This document shows, piece after piece, positions 9,456 through 19,921 of a DNA stretch of 64,000 bases. The position numbers were made by a program, and so were the translations under genes. The stretch lies in NCBI GenBank assembly GCA_913048295.1, contig CAJWWK010000005.1:6043-70042 (forward strand). Direction: 5' to 3'. Position 1 is the stretch's first letter; each line of letters starts with the position of its first letter. Under the pieces are notes generated by a model. It was not told the DNA's origin. It saw nothing but the letters and a program-made list of their open reading frames with translations, and ran no database searches. The DNA comes from an uncultured Dehalococcoidia bacterium (lineage in GTDB: Bacteria > Chloroflexota > Dehalococcoidia > Lucifugimonadales > Lucifugimonadaceae).

Positions 9456-11570
9456 CTAAAATTGGGACCCACTGGTCCCGGGTTTCGACCCTGAGTCCGG
9501 GTCCAGGTCCGGGTCGTCTTCGCCCGGTTTGTAATCGAGGTCGTCGTCTTCATCTAAATCAATTTCGGCCACGTCGGTGACGGTTCCAGGGGGGGGTACT
9601 GCGGCCGGTGCTGGCGCTGAAGGTCCCCCGGTTTTACCCAGCGGCGGCCAGGGTATTTTGCGGTCACCCCGCAGCGCTTTTGTTCGCGGCCAAACGACCC
9701 CTACCGCAAAGGCCAAAAGCCCGGCGATAATCCACGGGACAGTCTGACTGCGCCAGCCCCGCTGCCACGACTCGAGTGCACGCTGGAGTCGGACGACCGG
9801 TTCGTCGCTTTCCAGTTCAGCAGCCAGTCGCGGGTAATCCGTTCGAAATTCGGGGTTCACGTCGACAGCAAAATCAGGGTTCTGCTCGATCGCGACATCG
9901 ACAAACGACCAGCCGACTCCAATACCCAGGTAGACGATCAGTGCAACCACCGCCGCGACGCCCCCGGCCCATTTCAGGCGGCCCATCCACCCACCACCGG
10001 CAATGAAAGCGATGGCTATTAGCGGTATTAGAACGACCACCCAGAGCAGCCAGCGTATGGCCAGCCCGGTTTTCATATAACCCCGCACATCCTCGAACTG
10101 CTGTGATAAATCCGGGCCCAGGGCGTCGATAAAATCTTTCTCTGTAATCACCACACCTGCAGCGAGAGTCTTGAGCTTTTCTTCGGCGTCGGCCCTGGAT
10201 TCAGGATCGTTTTCATCTGAGATCATATTAAGCAGGTCCTGCTCGCTGAAGCTCAGGCCTTCAAGCACCCGCTTACGCGCATCTTCGAAAGGATTTTCTG
10301 ATCCACCGGCCTGTGACCCGAAGTCTGATAAGGAATAAGAAATTTCCCCCGGAATCTGGTCAACCACAAAGGCCTCGACCTGCTGATCCATCTTAGGAAC
10401 AAACGAGTTTAGAGCGATGTTGATCATGGGCCCCCCGGACAAACAGGGTGGAACCTTTCCAGATGTGACAGCAGCCGCGGCGCTGAACCTCTCGGCGGAA
10501 GAACCGCATGTAGGCAAAACCTCCAGAGTCCTTACCAGCTTGGTGCGCGCAAGTCCCTGCAGTTCCGCTACGGCGGCAGCCTTACGCTCAGACATGTCAA
10601 TCGAGTAATTCAGATCATCTGAGTTCCCGATCATGTATTCGACCAGCACGTCGATTACAGCGTCTCCGTGCCCTCGGACCCAGTCACGGGGTGCAATAAC
10701 TTCGACAGCTTCTGTAACTTCCTGTTCGCTCAGAGAAACGCCGAATCCGACGGATGTCGATTGATCCACAGTATTTTGTATAGCAGGGTCGATAACCTTC
10801 GTGAAGACCAGCTGATAAAGGGTGTCTTCAGCTTTAATTTTGTCCTTGAGAATCTCGCCGACGACGACAACCCGATTATCGAGTTCGATTTCAATTTCGA
10901 AACCGTCGGAATCTCCTGCGAAGTACGGAGTGATTTCATCAATCGCGCCGAACAGCTGCTGTTCCACCCACTCAGGGGCAAATATCACGCGAGTGTTGTC
11001 CTCGTTCTCCTGCTCCGTGAAACTGATACCCAGTGCATTGCCGGATATCTGGGAAGTGAATTCTGCAATCTGAGGCACCAGCAGATCGTCTGTAACCTGT
11101 TCGATCAGGTTTAATTCCAAAACAAGAACCCGAACTGCATCCGGAACCGCACGAACGCGCTCCTGTACTTCCAGATCTATTTCGAACTCGTCAGTTTTAC
11201 CAGTTACATATGGGACAACACCCCGCATGCTTTCCTCGAATTTTTGTTTCAGGTACTCCCGTGGAACCAGCGTCTCAAGGGACGAGGTTATAGCCGCCGC
11301 CGCGACGTCAGGATCATCAAAGCTGAGGGTCATAGGTTCCGATGAGTCGCTTAGGCCAGAGTCGACCTCAACACCTTTTGAGACAACATCGTGTACCAGG
11401 TTTTCCATCAGGTGGTCATACGCGTAGTTGAAGATCTCAGCATTATCCACCATTCCGATAACAACATCCGGTTTGGAGACTGTGTCCAGGACGTGATTAG
11501 CCGTCACCACGATAAAAAATAGAGGCAGAAACCAGGCGGCAAGCACCAGTGCCAGAATCTTGCGCATCAA
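9456..11570 (-). CDS. Uncharacterised membrane protein with three ~95-aa internal repeats
   Basis: 704-aa ORF with an N-terminal hydrophobic segment, about three C-terminal TM segments and an acidic tail. Confidence 0.75.
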   Translation of the reverse strand: MMRKILALVLAAWFLPLFFIVVTANHVLDTVSKPDVVIGMVDNAEIFNYAYDHLMENLVHDVVSKGVEVDSGLSDSSEPMTLSFDDPDVAAAAITSSLETLVPREYLKQKFEESMRGVVPYVTGKTDEFEIDLEVQERVRAVPDAVRVLVLELNLIEQVTDDLLVPQIAEFTSQISGNALGISFTEQENEDNTRVIFAPEWVEQQLFGAIDEITPYFAGDSDGFEIEIELDNRVVVVGEILKDKIKAEDTLYQLVFTKVIDPAIQNTVDQSTSVGFGVSLSEQEVTEAVEVIAPRDWVRGHGDAVIDVLVEYMIGNSDDLNYSIDMSERKAAAVAELQGLARTKLVRTLEVLPTCGSSAERFSAAAAVTSGKVPPCLSGGPMINIALNSFVPKMDQQVEAFVVDQIPGEISYSLSDFGSQAGGSENPFEDARKRVLEGLSFSEQDLLNMISDENDPESRADAEEKLKTLAAGVVITEKDFIDALGPDLSQQFEDVRGYMKTGLAIRWLLWVVVLIPLIAIAFIAGGGWMGRLKWAGGVAAVVALIVYLGIGVGWSFVDVAIEQNPDFAVDVNPEFRTDYPRLAAELESDEPVVRLQRALESWQRGWRSQTVPWIIAGLLAFAVGVVWPRTKALRGDRKIPWPPLGKTGGPSAPAPAAVPPPGTVTDVAEIDLDEDDDLDYKPGEDDPDLDPDSGSKPGTSGSQF

Positions 11571-11670
11571 AGATCTCCGTGAACCGCAACGCGTACCTGT
11601 TGCGAGTCTATCAACGTTTGACCTGGCGCAATCTGAATGGTTTTAGGAACATCGCATTCAGCCCCATTGT

Positions 11671-12077
11671 TCAAAACACGGTATTAACCCCGTCCCAGAT
11701 ATTCCTGGCCCAGCGGCAGAACAATTGCTTCCAGCATGTTTGCTCCAGGAGGGAGAGTGGCCGGCAAATGAACCTGAATCTCTGACCGGGTTGCGAATGG
11801 CTTTGGAAGCCGATTCCATGAGTGACGGCAATGACGCATCTCCGTCTGTCCGAGAATCTAAACCAGGGGATTAGAGCAAAACCGCCAGCTCCGTCCTTGC
11901 CCTCTGCCATAAAGAACCGCTTTGGAATAGCAATCGCGCTTGCTAAAGGGTCACCGAAACTTTTTAGCCATGAAGGACCTGCATTCCTTACTAACAGCCC
12001 GCGTTCCTTCATTGCAGGAATGTAGTCCCTGTAAATTCAAGCTGAAGGTCTAAGATTCGTTCTAGTTCGGTCTTCAT
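11671..12077 (-). pseudogene. Remnant of McrB/MrcB N-terminal (DUF3578-like) restriction-associated gene
   Basis: ATG 12077 gives MKTELERILDLQLEF; after a frameshift, PAMKERGLLVR...P.WL...EGKDGAG...IPWFRF. Family recognised from memory; region appears lower in GC. Confidence 0.5.
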
Positions 12078-12163
12078 GATTTCACCGGATTCGCAACCAT
12101 ATATCACCGGAAAATCGGCCATTTCGGTAATATCGTGTCTGCCTGGCTCGTCTCGTCCCGCAC

Positions 12164-12550
12164 CTATGTGGCGCTGCGATCGACATAGACCGTCTTGGTA
12201 TCGGTGAAGAACTCAATCGCAGCCTTGCCCTGCTCGCGGTCTCCGGAAGAACTCGCCTTCATACCGCCAAACGGCACCTGTGGTTCCACACCGGCGGTCT
12301 CACCGTTGATCTTCACGATTCCAGCCTCTATCCGGTCTGCAAAATCCAGCACTGAGTTCAGATTCCGGGTGAAGATACCTGCACTGAGCCCGTACTCAAC
12401 TGCATTGGCAATATTCAGTGCTTCTTCGGAGTCTGCCGCAGAGATAAGTGACAGAACCGGTCCAAATATCTCTTCACAGGCTACGAACGCATCAGGGGCT
12501 ACTTTTGTAATTACGGTCGGTTCAACATATGTACCGCTGTCGAAGTCGGG
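12164..12550 (-). pseudogene. Aldehyde dehydrogenase C-terminal fragment
   Basis: EEIFGPV and PFGGMK motifs; about 112/127 aa identical by hand count to the C-terminus of 16724..18184; no N-terminal part. Confidence 0.85.
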
Positions 12551-12689
12551 CCGCGGCATTCAACCTGTCGCCGTTGCGGGCGGCGATGACCACTGCACAG
12601 CCTTCATCGACAAACGCCTTTGCGATTCCCTTGCCGATTCCAGATCCACCGCCGGTAACGATCGCAATTTTTCCATCGAGCTGGCCCAT
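12549..12689 (-). pseudogene. SDR oxidoreductase N-terminal fragment fused out of frame to the ALDH fragment
   Basis: AGGAG RBS followed by MGQLDGKIAIVTGGGSGIGKGIAKAF (TGxxxGIG); similarity ends after ~47 aa. Confidence 0.85.
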
Positions 12690-12796
12690 TGATTTCTCCT
12701 GTTGGCTTTCATTCCGGGTTCGTTGTTGAGTAATTTGGACGCAAATGAATAGTTCCGGGCGAGTTCCGGCGGTCAGCACGCAGAGTTGAACTCCCG

Positions 12797-14323
12797 CTAA
12801 CTGTTCTTTGGCTCCAAGTCCCCTGTGTAGACCTTCGTACGGATCGCGGCAAATAGTGCCACAGCAGTGACGGCAGCGAAAACGAGGAACGTCAGGCTCC
12901 ATCCATCGAGGAACGCCCCGGTGACGTTCGGGTCGGTAGAGTCAGCAAGCTCGTTCAGCTGCACTTCGACCCCGCGGCTCAACATGATCCCGGCGATAAT
13001 CGCCGTCGCCAGCGCCTGGCCGATTACCGTACCGACGTTGCGCACCAGGTTCAGGAACGCGCTCATTGAACCGAGGTCGCCCCGGCCAACGGTCGATAGC
13101 GTGGCGCTCATGTTCGGAGCCATCCACATCCCCATGCCGAGGCCATTGGCGAACAGAACGGGCATCACGATCCACAGCGGGGTATCGCTTACGAAGAACG
13201 AGAACCAGACGTTTGTGACGATCAAGGTGCCGATGCCAATGAACGTGAACCTGCGGAATCCATACCTGTCGGAGAGCCGCCCCGATAACTGCGATGCCAG
13301 CCCCATTCCAACCGCGCCAACGAACATGATCATGCCTGCGGAACGCTGGTCGTGACCCATGAAGCTCTGCACGAACACGGGCATGAGGAAGAACGTTGAC
13401 GAACCGCCGAGGAAGGCCAGAAAACGGGTGGATGTCGACCAGCTAAACGTGGGATTCTGGAAAAACCGCAAATTCAGCATCGGGTCTGGGATGCGAAGTT
13501 CCCACCAGACCAGCATTGCGAACAGCGCGGCGCTCAGGATGGCCCCACCGATTATCTGGATCGAAATCCAGTCGAATGCAAAGGGATTCGAAATCGTCAG
13601 TATGGTCAACGAAAGTGCAGCGGCCGATAAACCCGCACCGAGCCAGTCGTACTTTGATCCGATTTTTCTGGCCGTAGATCCGATCCGCTTGTCGTCCAGG
13701 ACGAATATCGCGGCCACGATACCGACAGTAGTAGGCGCGGCAGTGAACAAGAACACCGCACGCCAGCCGAACTCCTGAATTACCGGCCCTGCGATGATCG
13801 GTCCGGCCGCCGCGCCGATGGCTACGGCCGTGGTGATCATCCCCAGCGCCTTGCCCCGTTCGTTGGACGGGAAGACCCCTACGATGATTGCGAATACGAC
13901 GGCCTGCCCCATGGCGCTGCCGATAGACATCACGACCCTTGAAACGATCAGCATCTCCAGGGTTTGAGAACTGAAGGCAAGCAACGCACCAGCTACAAAG
14001 AACAGCATCCCGAAGATGTGGAATTTTTTACGGCCCGTAATATCCGATACGCGACCGAGCGGCAGCATGATTGCGCTGATGGTCAGCGAGGTTGAGATTG
14101 CGACCCAGGTCACTGTCCGCAGGGTTACGTTGAATTCATCGGCAATCGACGACAGCGCCAGGAAAACAATCGAAAAGTCCATGACCATCGCAAACAGGGC
14201 GATTGCGACAGTCCAGAACACTTTCCAGTGGTAGTTGTTCGAAATCGATCCCAATGGGGAGTCCGGTTGGACGTCGGTACAGTGATCTGCTTCGTGGCTG
14301 GTTTCTACTGGCAATTGTTGCAA
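12797..14323 (-). CDS. MFS transporter (DHA2/EmrB-QacA-like)
   Basis: GRVSDITGRKK motif A, GPIIAG motif C, about 14 hydrophobic segments. Confidence 0.88.
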   Translation of the reverse strand: MQQLPVETSHEADHCTDVQPDSPLGSISNNYHWKVFWTVAIALFAMVMDFSIVFLALSSIADEFNVTLRTVTWVAISTSLTISAIMLPLGRVSDITGRKKFHIFGMLFFVAGALLAFSSQTLEMLIVSRVVMSIGSAMGQAVVFAIIVGVFPSNERGKALGMITTAVAIGAAAGPIIAGPVIQEFGWRAVFLFTAAPTTVGIVAAIFVLDDKRIGSTARKIGSKYDWLGAGLSAAALSLTILTISNPFAFDWISIQIIGGAILSAALFAMLVWWELRIPDPMLNLRFFQNPTFSWSTSTRFLAFLGGSSTFFLMPVFVQSFMGHDQRSAGMIMFVGAVGMGLASQLSGRLSDRYGFRRFTFIGIGTLIVTNVWFSFFVSDTPLWIVMPVLFANGLGMGMWMAPNMSATLSTVGRGDLGSMSAFLNLVRNVGTVIGQALATAIIAGIMLSRGVEVQLNELADSTDPNVTGAFLDGWSLTFLVFAAVTAVALFAAIRTKVYTGDLEPKNS

Positions 14324-14613
14324 ACTGTCCTTGAACGCCGAGGTTGGTGCGGTGGCGAATTATAGGAGTTCAGTGGCCGATGTAAACGTGATCTATTAGC
14401 TCCACGTATAACTCTCCTCTTGCTTCACTGCCGAACGGCGTTTGCGCCAGCTGAAATTCGGTCTTCAGGAGCTTTTTTTACGATCGGTTAAGGTTCCATA
14501 CGCAGACAACAAGACCGGTCCGGATTCGCTGGCCGGTATGGACTTTTTCCAAAAACGATTTGCATCCCTCCGCTCCAGTCGGGCGGAGGGCATTACGCTG
14601 GCCGACAATACAG

Positions 14614-15396
14614 TTACCCGGTCGACATCTTCTCATGACGTTGCCGGAATACTTCGTAAAGGACGATTCCGGCACTGACCGACGCGTTCAGTGATGCAAG
14701 CTTCCCGGCCATTGGGATTGACGCGATCTGATCACAGTTCTCGCGCACCAGCCTCGAAAGACCCTTGCCTTCAGAGCCCACGACAATCATTACCGACCCG
14801 GTGTAATCGGTCTCGGTATATTCGATATCGCCATCTGCATCGAGTCCTACGACCAGGACACCGACCTCTTTCAAGGCCTCGATCGTGCGGTTGAGATTGA
14901 CCACTCTCGCGACCCTGACATGTTCGAGCGCACCAGCCGACGCACGCACCGCACCGGGCGTAATGCCAACTGCCCTCCGTTCGGGAATTATTAACCCGTG
15001 GACACCGGCAGCATCCGCTGTTCTGGCTATCGCACCGAGGTTGTGAGGGTCCTGTACGCCATCCAACATGACGATCAGGGCCGGTTCGCCCTTGCGGGTG
15101 GCCGCGGTCACGAAATCTTCGGGGCTGTGATACCTGGGGTCGGGCACAACTGCAATCACGCCCTGGCTTTTCTTGGTTTGCGACTGCCCCTCAAGTTCAC
15201 GACGCGATACCGCGTCGACGGGGATACCAGCTGCCTCAGCAAGAATGATGATCTCGCGAAGTTGTGCCCCAAGCTCAAGGTCGTCAAACATTACCAGTCG
15301 CTCGATATCCCGCCCCGCGCGGAGTGATTCGAGCACGGCACGACGACCTTCTACGGTCTGACCATGAACTTTTTTAGCTCTTGAAAATCGCGACAT
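14614..15396 (-). CDS. rlmB: 23S rRNA (Gm2251) 2'-O-methyltransferase RlmB (TrmH/SPOUT family)
   Basis: DGVQDPHNLGAIARTA, GSEGKG and IPMAGKLASLNASV motifs. Confidence 0.9.
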   Translation of the reverse strand: MSRFSRAKKVHGQTVEGRRAVLESLRAGRDIERLVMFDDLELGAQLREIIILAEAAGIPVDAVSRRELEGQSQTKKSQGVIAVVPDPRYHSPEDFVTAATRKGEPALIVMLDGVQDPHNLGAIARTADAAGVHGLIIPERRAVGITPGAVRASAGALEHVRVARVVNLNRTIEALKEVGVLVVGLDADGDIEYTETDYTGSVMIVVGSEGKGLSRLVRENCDQIASIPMAGKLASLNASVSAGIVLYEVFRQRHEKMSTG

Positions 15397-15561
15397 GGAA
15401 TAAATTATCGGGGTGGTGAGATATGAATCTGGCGGGTTGGCCGGTTGATTTAACCAATTGTCGGATTAAACCGCGCTAGAAGTGTAAGTTTCAGTGGTAC
15501 TCAACGCCATTGGCTTCACCATTGAAGTTTCCCAAATTATCACCCGCTAAGGAGTCGACAA

Positions 15562-16347
15562 TTGGTACGTGAACGCAACTACAGCACCAATCAACTGAAA
15601 AAGGCCATTGAGTCTGGGGGTGTAGGAGTCATAGCAAACGGTCCGAACAATTCGGACATGTGCGATTTCCTCGGGCATCTCGGGTTCGATGCGGCATTCA
15701 TCGACTTTGAGCACGGAGGGGTTTCGTGGTCGGAACTGGCCGATATCACCAGGGCGTGTGAGCTCTGGGGAATGTCGAGCGTCGTGCGAGTGAACCGGCT
15801 TGACGAGGCGCAGATCCTGCGGACTCTCGATCAAGGCGCGAGCGCAGTAATGATTCCGCACGTAATAACAACGGCCGACGCCGAGCTTGCTGCAAGCGCA
15901 TGTAAATATCCACCCAACGGGATCCGCGGAGTCGCCGGTGGCAGGCGGGCGTACGGAGTTGAAAACTATTTTCAAAAAGCCGACGACCAGGTGCAGTGCC
16001 TGGCACTGATTGAGGATTTCGAAGCGATCGCCAACCTTCGCGAACTAACCCAGGTCGATGGCATCGACGTCTTCTACGTGGCACCATCCGACATGGCGGC
16101 TTCGATGGGTCATACGGGTGATCCCGGCCACCCCGATGTTCAACGGTCGATTGAGGGCGCAATTGGGCAGATCGTCGATGCTGGGAGAGTGGCCGGAACG
16201 CTGGTAAATGACGACAATCTGGACCAGTTCCTGTCGATGGGTGTGCGGTGTGTCGGCGTTCCGTGGCAGTTGTGGCTCAGGGACTCTTCCGCAACGTTTC
16301 TTTCCCGCGTTACGGCAGCATCAGGGGCCCTTAACGGTTCAGTTTGA
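15562..16347 (+). CDS. HpcH/HpaI aldolase family protein
   Basis: IDFEHG, LDQGA, YPPNGIRG, LIED and APSDM motifs. Confidence 0.88.
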   Translation: MVRERNYSTNQLKKAIESGGVGVIANGPNNSDMCDFLGHLGFDAAFIDFEHGGVSWSELADITRACELWGMSSVVRVNRLDEAQILRTLDQGASAVMIPHVITTADAELAASACKYPPNGIRGVAGGRRAYGVENYFQKADDQVQCLALIEDFEAIANLRELTQVDGIDVFYVAPSDMAASMGHTGDPGHPDVQRSIEGAIGQIVDAGRVAGTLVNDDNLDQFLSMGVRCVGVPWQLWLRDSSATFLSRVTAASGALNGSV

Positions 16348-16478
16348 TGAGTATTCCCCACAGGCCAATATGACCGATCAGCTTGCCAGCTAGGTCTGCC
16401 GCTTTCTCCGGTTAGTTCTTCCGTGGCTCAACGTAAGATCGATAAATCGATCTCCCCGAAAATTCCCTTCCGTAATCA

Positions 16479-16506
16479 AGAGCGGTCTTCACCAGAAGAC
16501 CGCTCT
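16479..16506. terminator. Perfect 12-bp hairpin (terminator or stabilising stem)
   Basis: AGAGCGGTCTTC-ACCA-GAAGACCGCTCT; no clear U-tract. Confidence 0.4.
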
Positions 16507-16723
16507 GCGCGTTGACACAAAACCCGCACAATGCCAGCATTGGGCCTCTCAAACGCTATGATGGCGACCCTCCAAGTTCACCGATCGCTGGTGACCAACG
16601 AGCAGTTTTCCAATTACGATAGGCTCCACAACCGTTGGCCTCTGTCTCCGGTGGTTGATAAGACATGGTTTTTCGACGCACCGGACCACATTTGCACTAT
16701 GACCAGACGAAAAAGGATTAACG

Positions 16724-18184
16724 ATGGTAGAGCGGTATCAAAATTATGTTGGCGGAGCCTGGACTGACGCGACGAGCGGCGATGTTTCGACCAGCAGCAA
16801 CCCGGCCGATCATTCGGACGTAATTGGTGAGTTCCAGGCATCGAATTCGGCCGATGCCGATGCCGCCATAACCGCCGCGTCAAACGCTAAAGAAGGCTGG
16901 CGTCGTACTTCTTCGCTGGTCCGGGGCGGCTACCTGTTCAAGGCCGCTACCTATCTCGAAAACAATCTCGAGGAGTATGCACAGGCCGTCACCCGGGAAT
17001 CGGGCAAGGCAATCCTCGAGTCGCGCGGTGAAGTCGGCCGGGCGATCGCGCTGTTGCAGTACTACGGGGTCGAAGGCTCGAACCCAGTCGGCACCGTCGT
17101 CCCGTCCGTAAACCCCAACATCCTGCTGTACACAAATCGAATGCCGCTCGGTGTGATCAGCCTTATCACCCCATGGAACTTCCCAATCGCGATTCCGATC
17201 TGGAAGATGGCGCCCGCCCTCGTTTACGGAAACACGGTCGTGCTGAAGCCCGCTTCGGCCACACCACACGTTGCAACGCTGATAGCGAGGATGTGGGAAG
17301 CGGTCGACCTGCCGGCAGGCGTGTTCAACCTGCTGACGGGGTCAGGCGGGGCAGTTGGCAACGAGCTGGTCACAAGTTCACGTGTCAGTGCCATTTCTTT
17401 TACCGGTTCAACTCGAATTGGCATGCAAATCGCCGTCGATTCGGCGAAACACGGTAAAAAATATCAGCTGGAAATGGGCGGCAAGAACCCTGTCATCGTC
17501 CTGCCAGATGCGGATCTCGAGCAGGCCGCCGAAATAACCGTTTCGGGTGCCATGAAATACTCGGGTCAGAAATGCACGGCCACATCGCGGGCGATCGTTG
17601 TAGGAAACGTGATAGAAGAATTCACGAGCCTCGTGGTCGAAAAGACAATGGCCCTGAAGATCGGCCCCGGAGTCGATGCAGACTCCGTCGTCGTCCCGGT
17701 CATCGACCAGACTTCCAAGGACAACATTACGTCGATTATCGACCGCGGGGTTGCCGATGGTGGAACGGTGCTCACGGGCGGCGGCGCACCGACGGGCCCC
17801 GAATACGATTCCGGGACGTTTGTCGAGCCAACGGTAATCACGAAGGTCGCGCCGGATGCGTTCGTTGCGTGTGAAGAAATTTTCGGGCCGGTACTCTCGA
17901 TAATCCCGGCGGCCAACGCCGAAGACGCACTCGAAATTGCCAACTCGGTAGAGTACGGACTGAGCGCAGGAATATTTACTCGAAACCTCAATTCGGTGCT
18001 CGATTTTGCCGACCGTATCGAAGCGGGCATCGTCAAGATCAACGGAGAAACGGCCGGCGTCGAACCACAGGTGCCGTTCGGGGGCATGAAAGCAAGTTCC
18101 ACCGGGAGTCGGGAACAGGGAAAAGCGGCGATCGAGTTTTTCACCCAGTCAAAAACGATCTATGTCGATCGCAGCGCGACCTGA
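16724..18184 (+). CDS. Aldehyde dehydrogenase, alpha-ketoglutaric semialdehyde dehydrogenase-like
   Basis: ITPWNFP, FTGS, LEMGGKNP, GQKCTATSR and EEIFGP motifs. Confidence 0.9.
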   Translation: MVERYQNYVGGAWTDATSGDVSTSSNPADHSDVIGEFQASNSADADAAITAASNAKEGWRRTSSLVRGGYLFKAATYLENNLEEYAQAVTRESGKAILESRGEVGRAIALLQYYGVEGSNPVGTVVPSVNPNILLYTNRMPLGVISLITPWNFPIAIPIWKMAPALVYGNTVVLKPASATPHVATLIARMWEAVDLPAGVFNLLTGSGGAVGNELVTSSRVSAISFTGSTRIGMQIAVDSAKHGKKYQLEMGGKNPVIVLPDADLEQAAEITVSGAMKYSGQKCTATSRAIVVGNVIEEFTSLVVEKTMALKIGPGVDADSVVVPVIDQTSKDNITSIIDRGVADGGTVLTGGGAPTGPEYDSGTFVEPTVITKVAPDAFVACEEIFGPVLSIIPAANAEDALEIANSVEYGLSAGIFTRNLNSVLDFADRIEAGIVKINGETAGVEPQVPFGGMKASSTGSREQGKAAIEFFTQSKTIYVDRSAT

Positions 18185-18305
18185 GCCGCGATCCGGTAAA
18201 ACGTGGGGTGGGTGCACGACTCGCTAGCTCGTTGGTCGGTCTCGCCGAGGGAGCCGACCGTCGAACTGCGTGGGGTCTCAACAATCGGTTCAAGGGGGCA
18301 ATGTA

Positions 18306-19199
18306 GTGGCAGATCGCACATTCAGCGGGGTCTTCCCGATCCTCCAAATGCCTTTCGATGAAGCAGGCCAGATCCTGTACGAAGACCTGCGCGCCGAGGT
18401 CGAGTACGCGGTCCGAGGCGGCGTCCACGGCGTTGGAATCGCTTATGGCTCGGAGATCGACAAACTCGACGACCACGAACGCGACGAGGTCCTCAGCGCT
18501 GTCGTCGATCAGGCCGAGGGCCGTATCAAGGTCGTAATGAACACCGGTGCGCCATCGACCGTTCAGGCGGTCCACTACACCCGTGTCGCGAAGGTCCTGG
18601 GCGCAGATGCCGTGATGATCGCCGCACCGGTCGTCCCGGGAATAGCAACGTCGCTCGTGCACCAGCACTTTCTCGAAATCGCAGAGAGCAGCGATCTTCC
18701 CATATTCATGCAGGACATGAAAAGCGCCAGCCTGTCCCCGGCCACGATGGCCGAACTTTCGAAGGCCCATGAAAACCTCTGCTACGCCAAAATCGAGACG
18801 CTGCCCACACCGAACAGGTTTACCGAAACCCGCGAACTTGCTGGCGAAGGCCTTTCGATGTTCGGCGGGGCGAACGGTGTGTTTTTCATAGAAGAAATGA
18901 GGCGCGGTGCGAAGGGCACGATGCAGGGCATTGCCCTGTGCGACGTGGTGAGGAAAACCTGGGACGCCTTTCAGGCAGGCGACGAGATCGCGGCCGAATC
19001 GATGTGGAATCTTTATCAACCGCTGGTCAAGCTCTACACGTTGGGGGAAGGCCAGCTCTACTGGATCGCCAAAGAGATTCTGCGCCGGCGCGGGGTGTTT
19101 ACACATGCGTTCCCGCGTCTGCCGGCCGCAAAACCGGACCCGGAGACTTTCCGGGAACTCGACGCTCTGATCGAACGGCTCGGAGTGGCCCCAATTTGA
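18306..19199 (+). CDS. Dihydrodipicolinate synthase family protein (2-keto-3-deoxy-sugar-acid dehydratase-like)
   Basis: DHDPS-fold motifs with FMQD and AKIE (Gln and KxE subgroup); GTG start with GGGGG RBS. Confidence 0.8.
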   Translation: MADRTFSGVFPILQMPFDEAGQILYEDLRAEVEYAVRGGVHGVGIAYGSEIDKLDDHERDEVLSAVVDQAEGRIKVVMNTGAPSTVQAVHYTRVAKVLGADAVMIAAPVVPGIATSLVHQHFLEIAESSDLPIFMQDMKSASLSPATMAELSKAHENLCYAKIETLPTPNRFTETRELAGEGLSMFGGANGVFFIEEMRRGAKGTMQGIALCDVVRKTWDAFQAGDEIAAESMWNLYQPLVKLYTLGEGQLYWIAKEILRRRGVFTHAFPRLPAAKPDPETFRELDALIERLGVAPI

Positions 19200-19807
19200 G
19201 TGACCCGAGTCCGAGAGGCCAGACGAGGAGCCAGACGCCGGGCGGAGGCCGCGGAAGTGCTCTCAGACCGCAATTGGAGATGATTCGGCGAGGCGACCCC
19301 GTACCAGCGGTGCCACAGCCAGCTGCCGGGTACGGGCTGCGCAAGGTCCAACTCGAGGACCGGCAATCGTACTCGCAAACGTTCCGAACTGCATTCGATG
19401 AACCCTCGCCGTTCGCCGACCTGATTCGGAATATGCTGCCCGATGGTTTCTTCGTGGTCGAACATCAACCCACGGGGACGGTAGTTGCCGCATCGACGGC
19501 CGCAAAATACCCGAAGGCCCAGCATCCGGACGGACACAGTCTGCAGTGGGTGGTCGGACATGCCGATCACCTGGGCACAGGCTCTGGCCGGTCGACCGTG
19601 GCCGCCGCGACGCAAGTGCTCGCCGATTTGGCACCACGCTATTCGTATCTCTCTACCGACGACTTTCGACTACCAGCCATAAACATTTACCTGAAGTTGG
19701 GCTGGCAGCCGCTGCTGTTCCAACACGAACAAATAGCACGGTGGGCAACAGTTTTCGAAAAGCTCGGCATGGAGTTCAACGAAGATGACTGGCAAAAAAC
19801 GCCGTAG
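19196..19807 (+). CDS. GNAT family N-acetyltransferase
   Basis: H-x-G-x-G-x-G acetyl-CoA loop (HLGTGSG), 'LSTDDFRLPAINIYLKLGW'; TTG start overlapping the upstream stop. Confidence 0.75.
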   Translation: MSDPSPRGQTRSQTPGGGRGSALRPQLEMIRRGDPVPAVPQPAAGYGLRKVQLEDRQSYSQTFRTAFDEPSPFADLIRNMLPDGFFVVEHQPTGTVVAASTAAKYPKAQHPDGHSLQWVVGHADHLGTGSGRSTVAAATQVLADLAPRYSYLSTDDFRLPAINIYLKLGWQPLLFQHEQIARWATVFEKLGMEFNEDDWQKTP

Positions 19808-19921
19808 GGCGGGCGGGTCGGTACCAGCCGATTGGCGGGACGGTACCGTTTTAGCCGGTTCGGCCAGCATCCCTCCGCGGGGGTCGGGAGGAGCACCGGG
19901 CCAAACCTCAGGCCTGGTCCA

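Noticed and set aside
12164-18184. Invertible segment bounded by the two inverted ALDH copies
   Set aside because: The copies are diverged at many synonymous sites and no recombinase is present.
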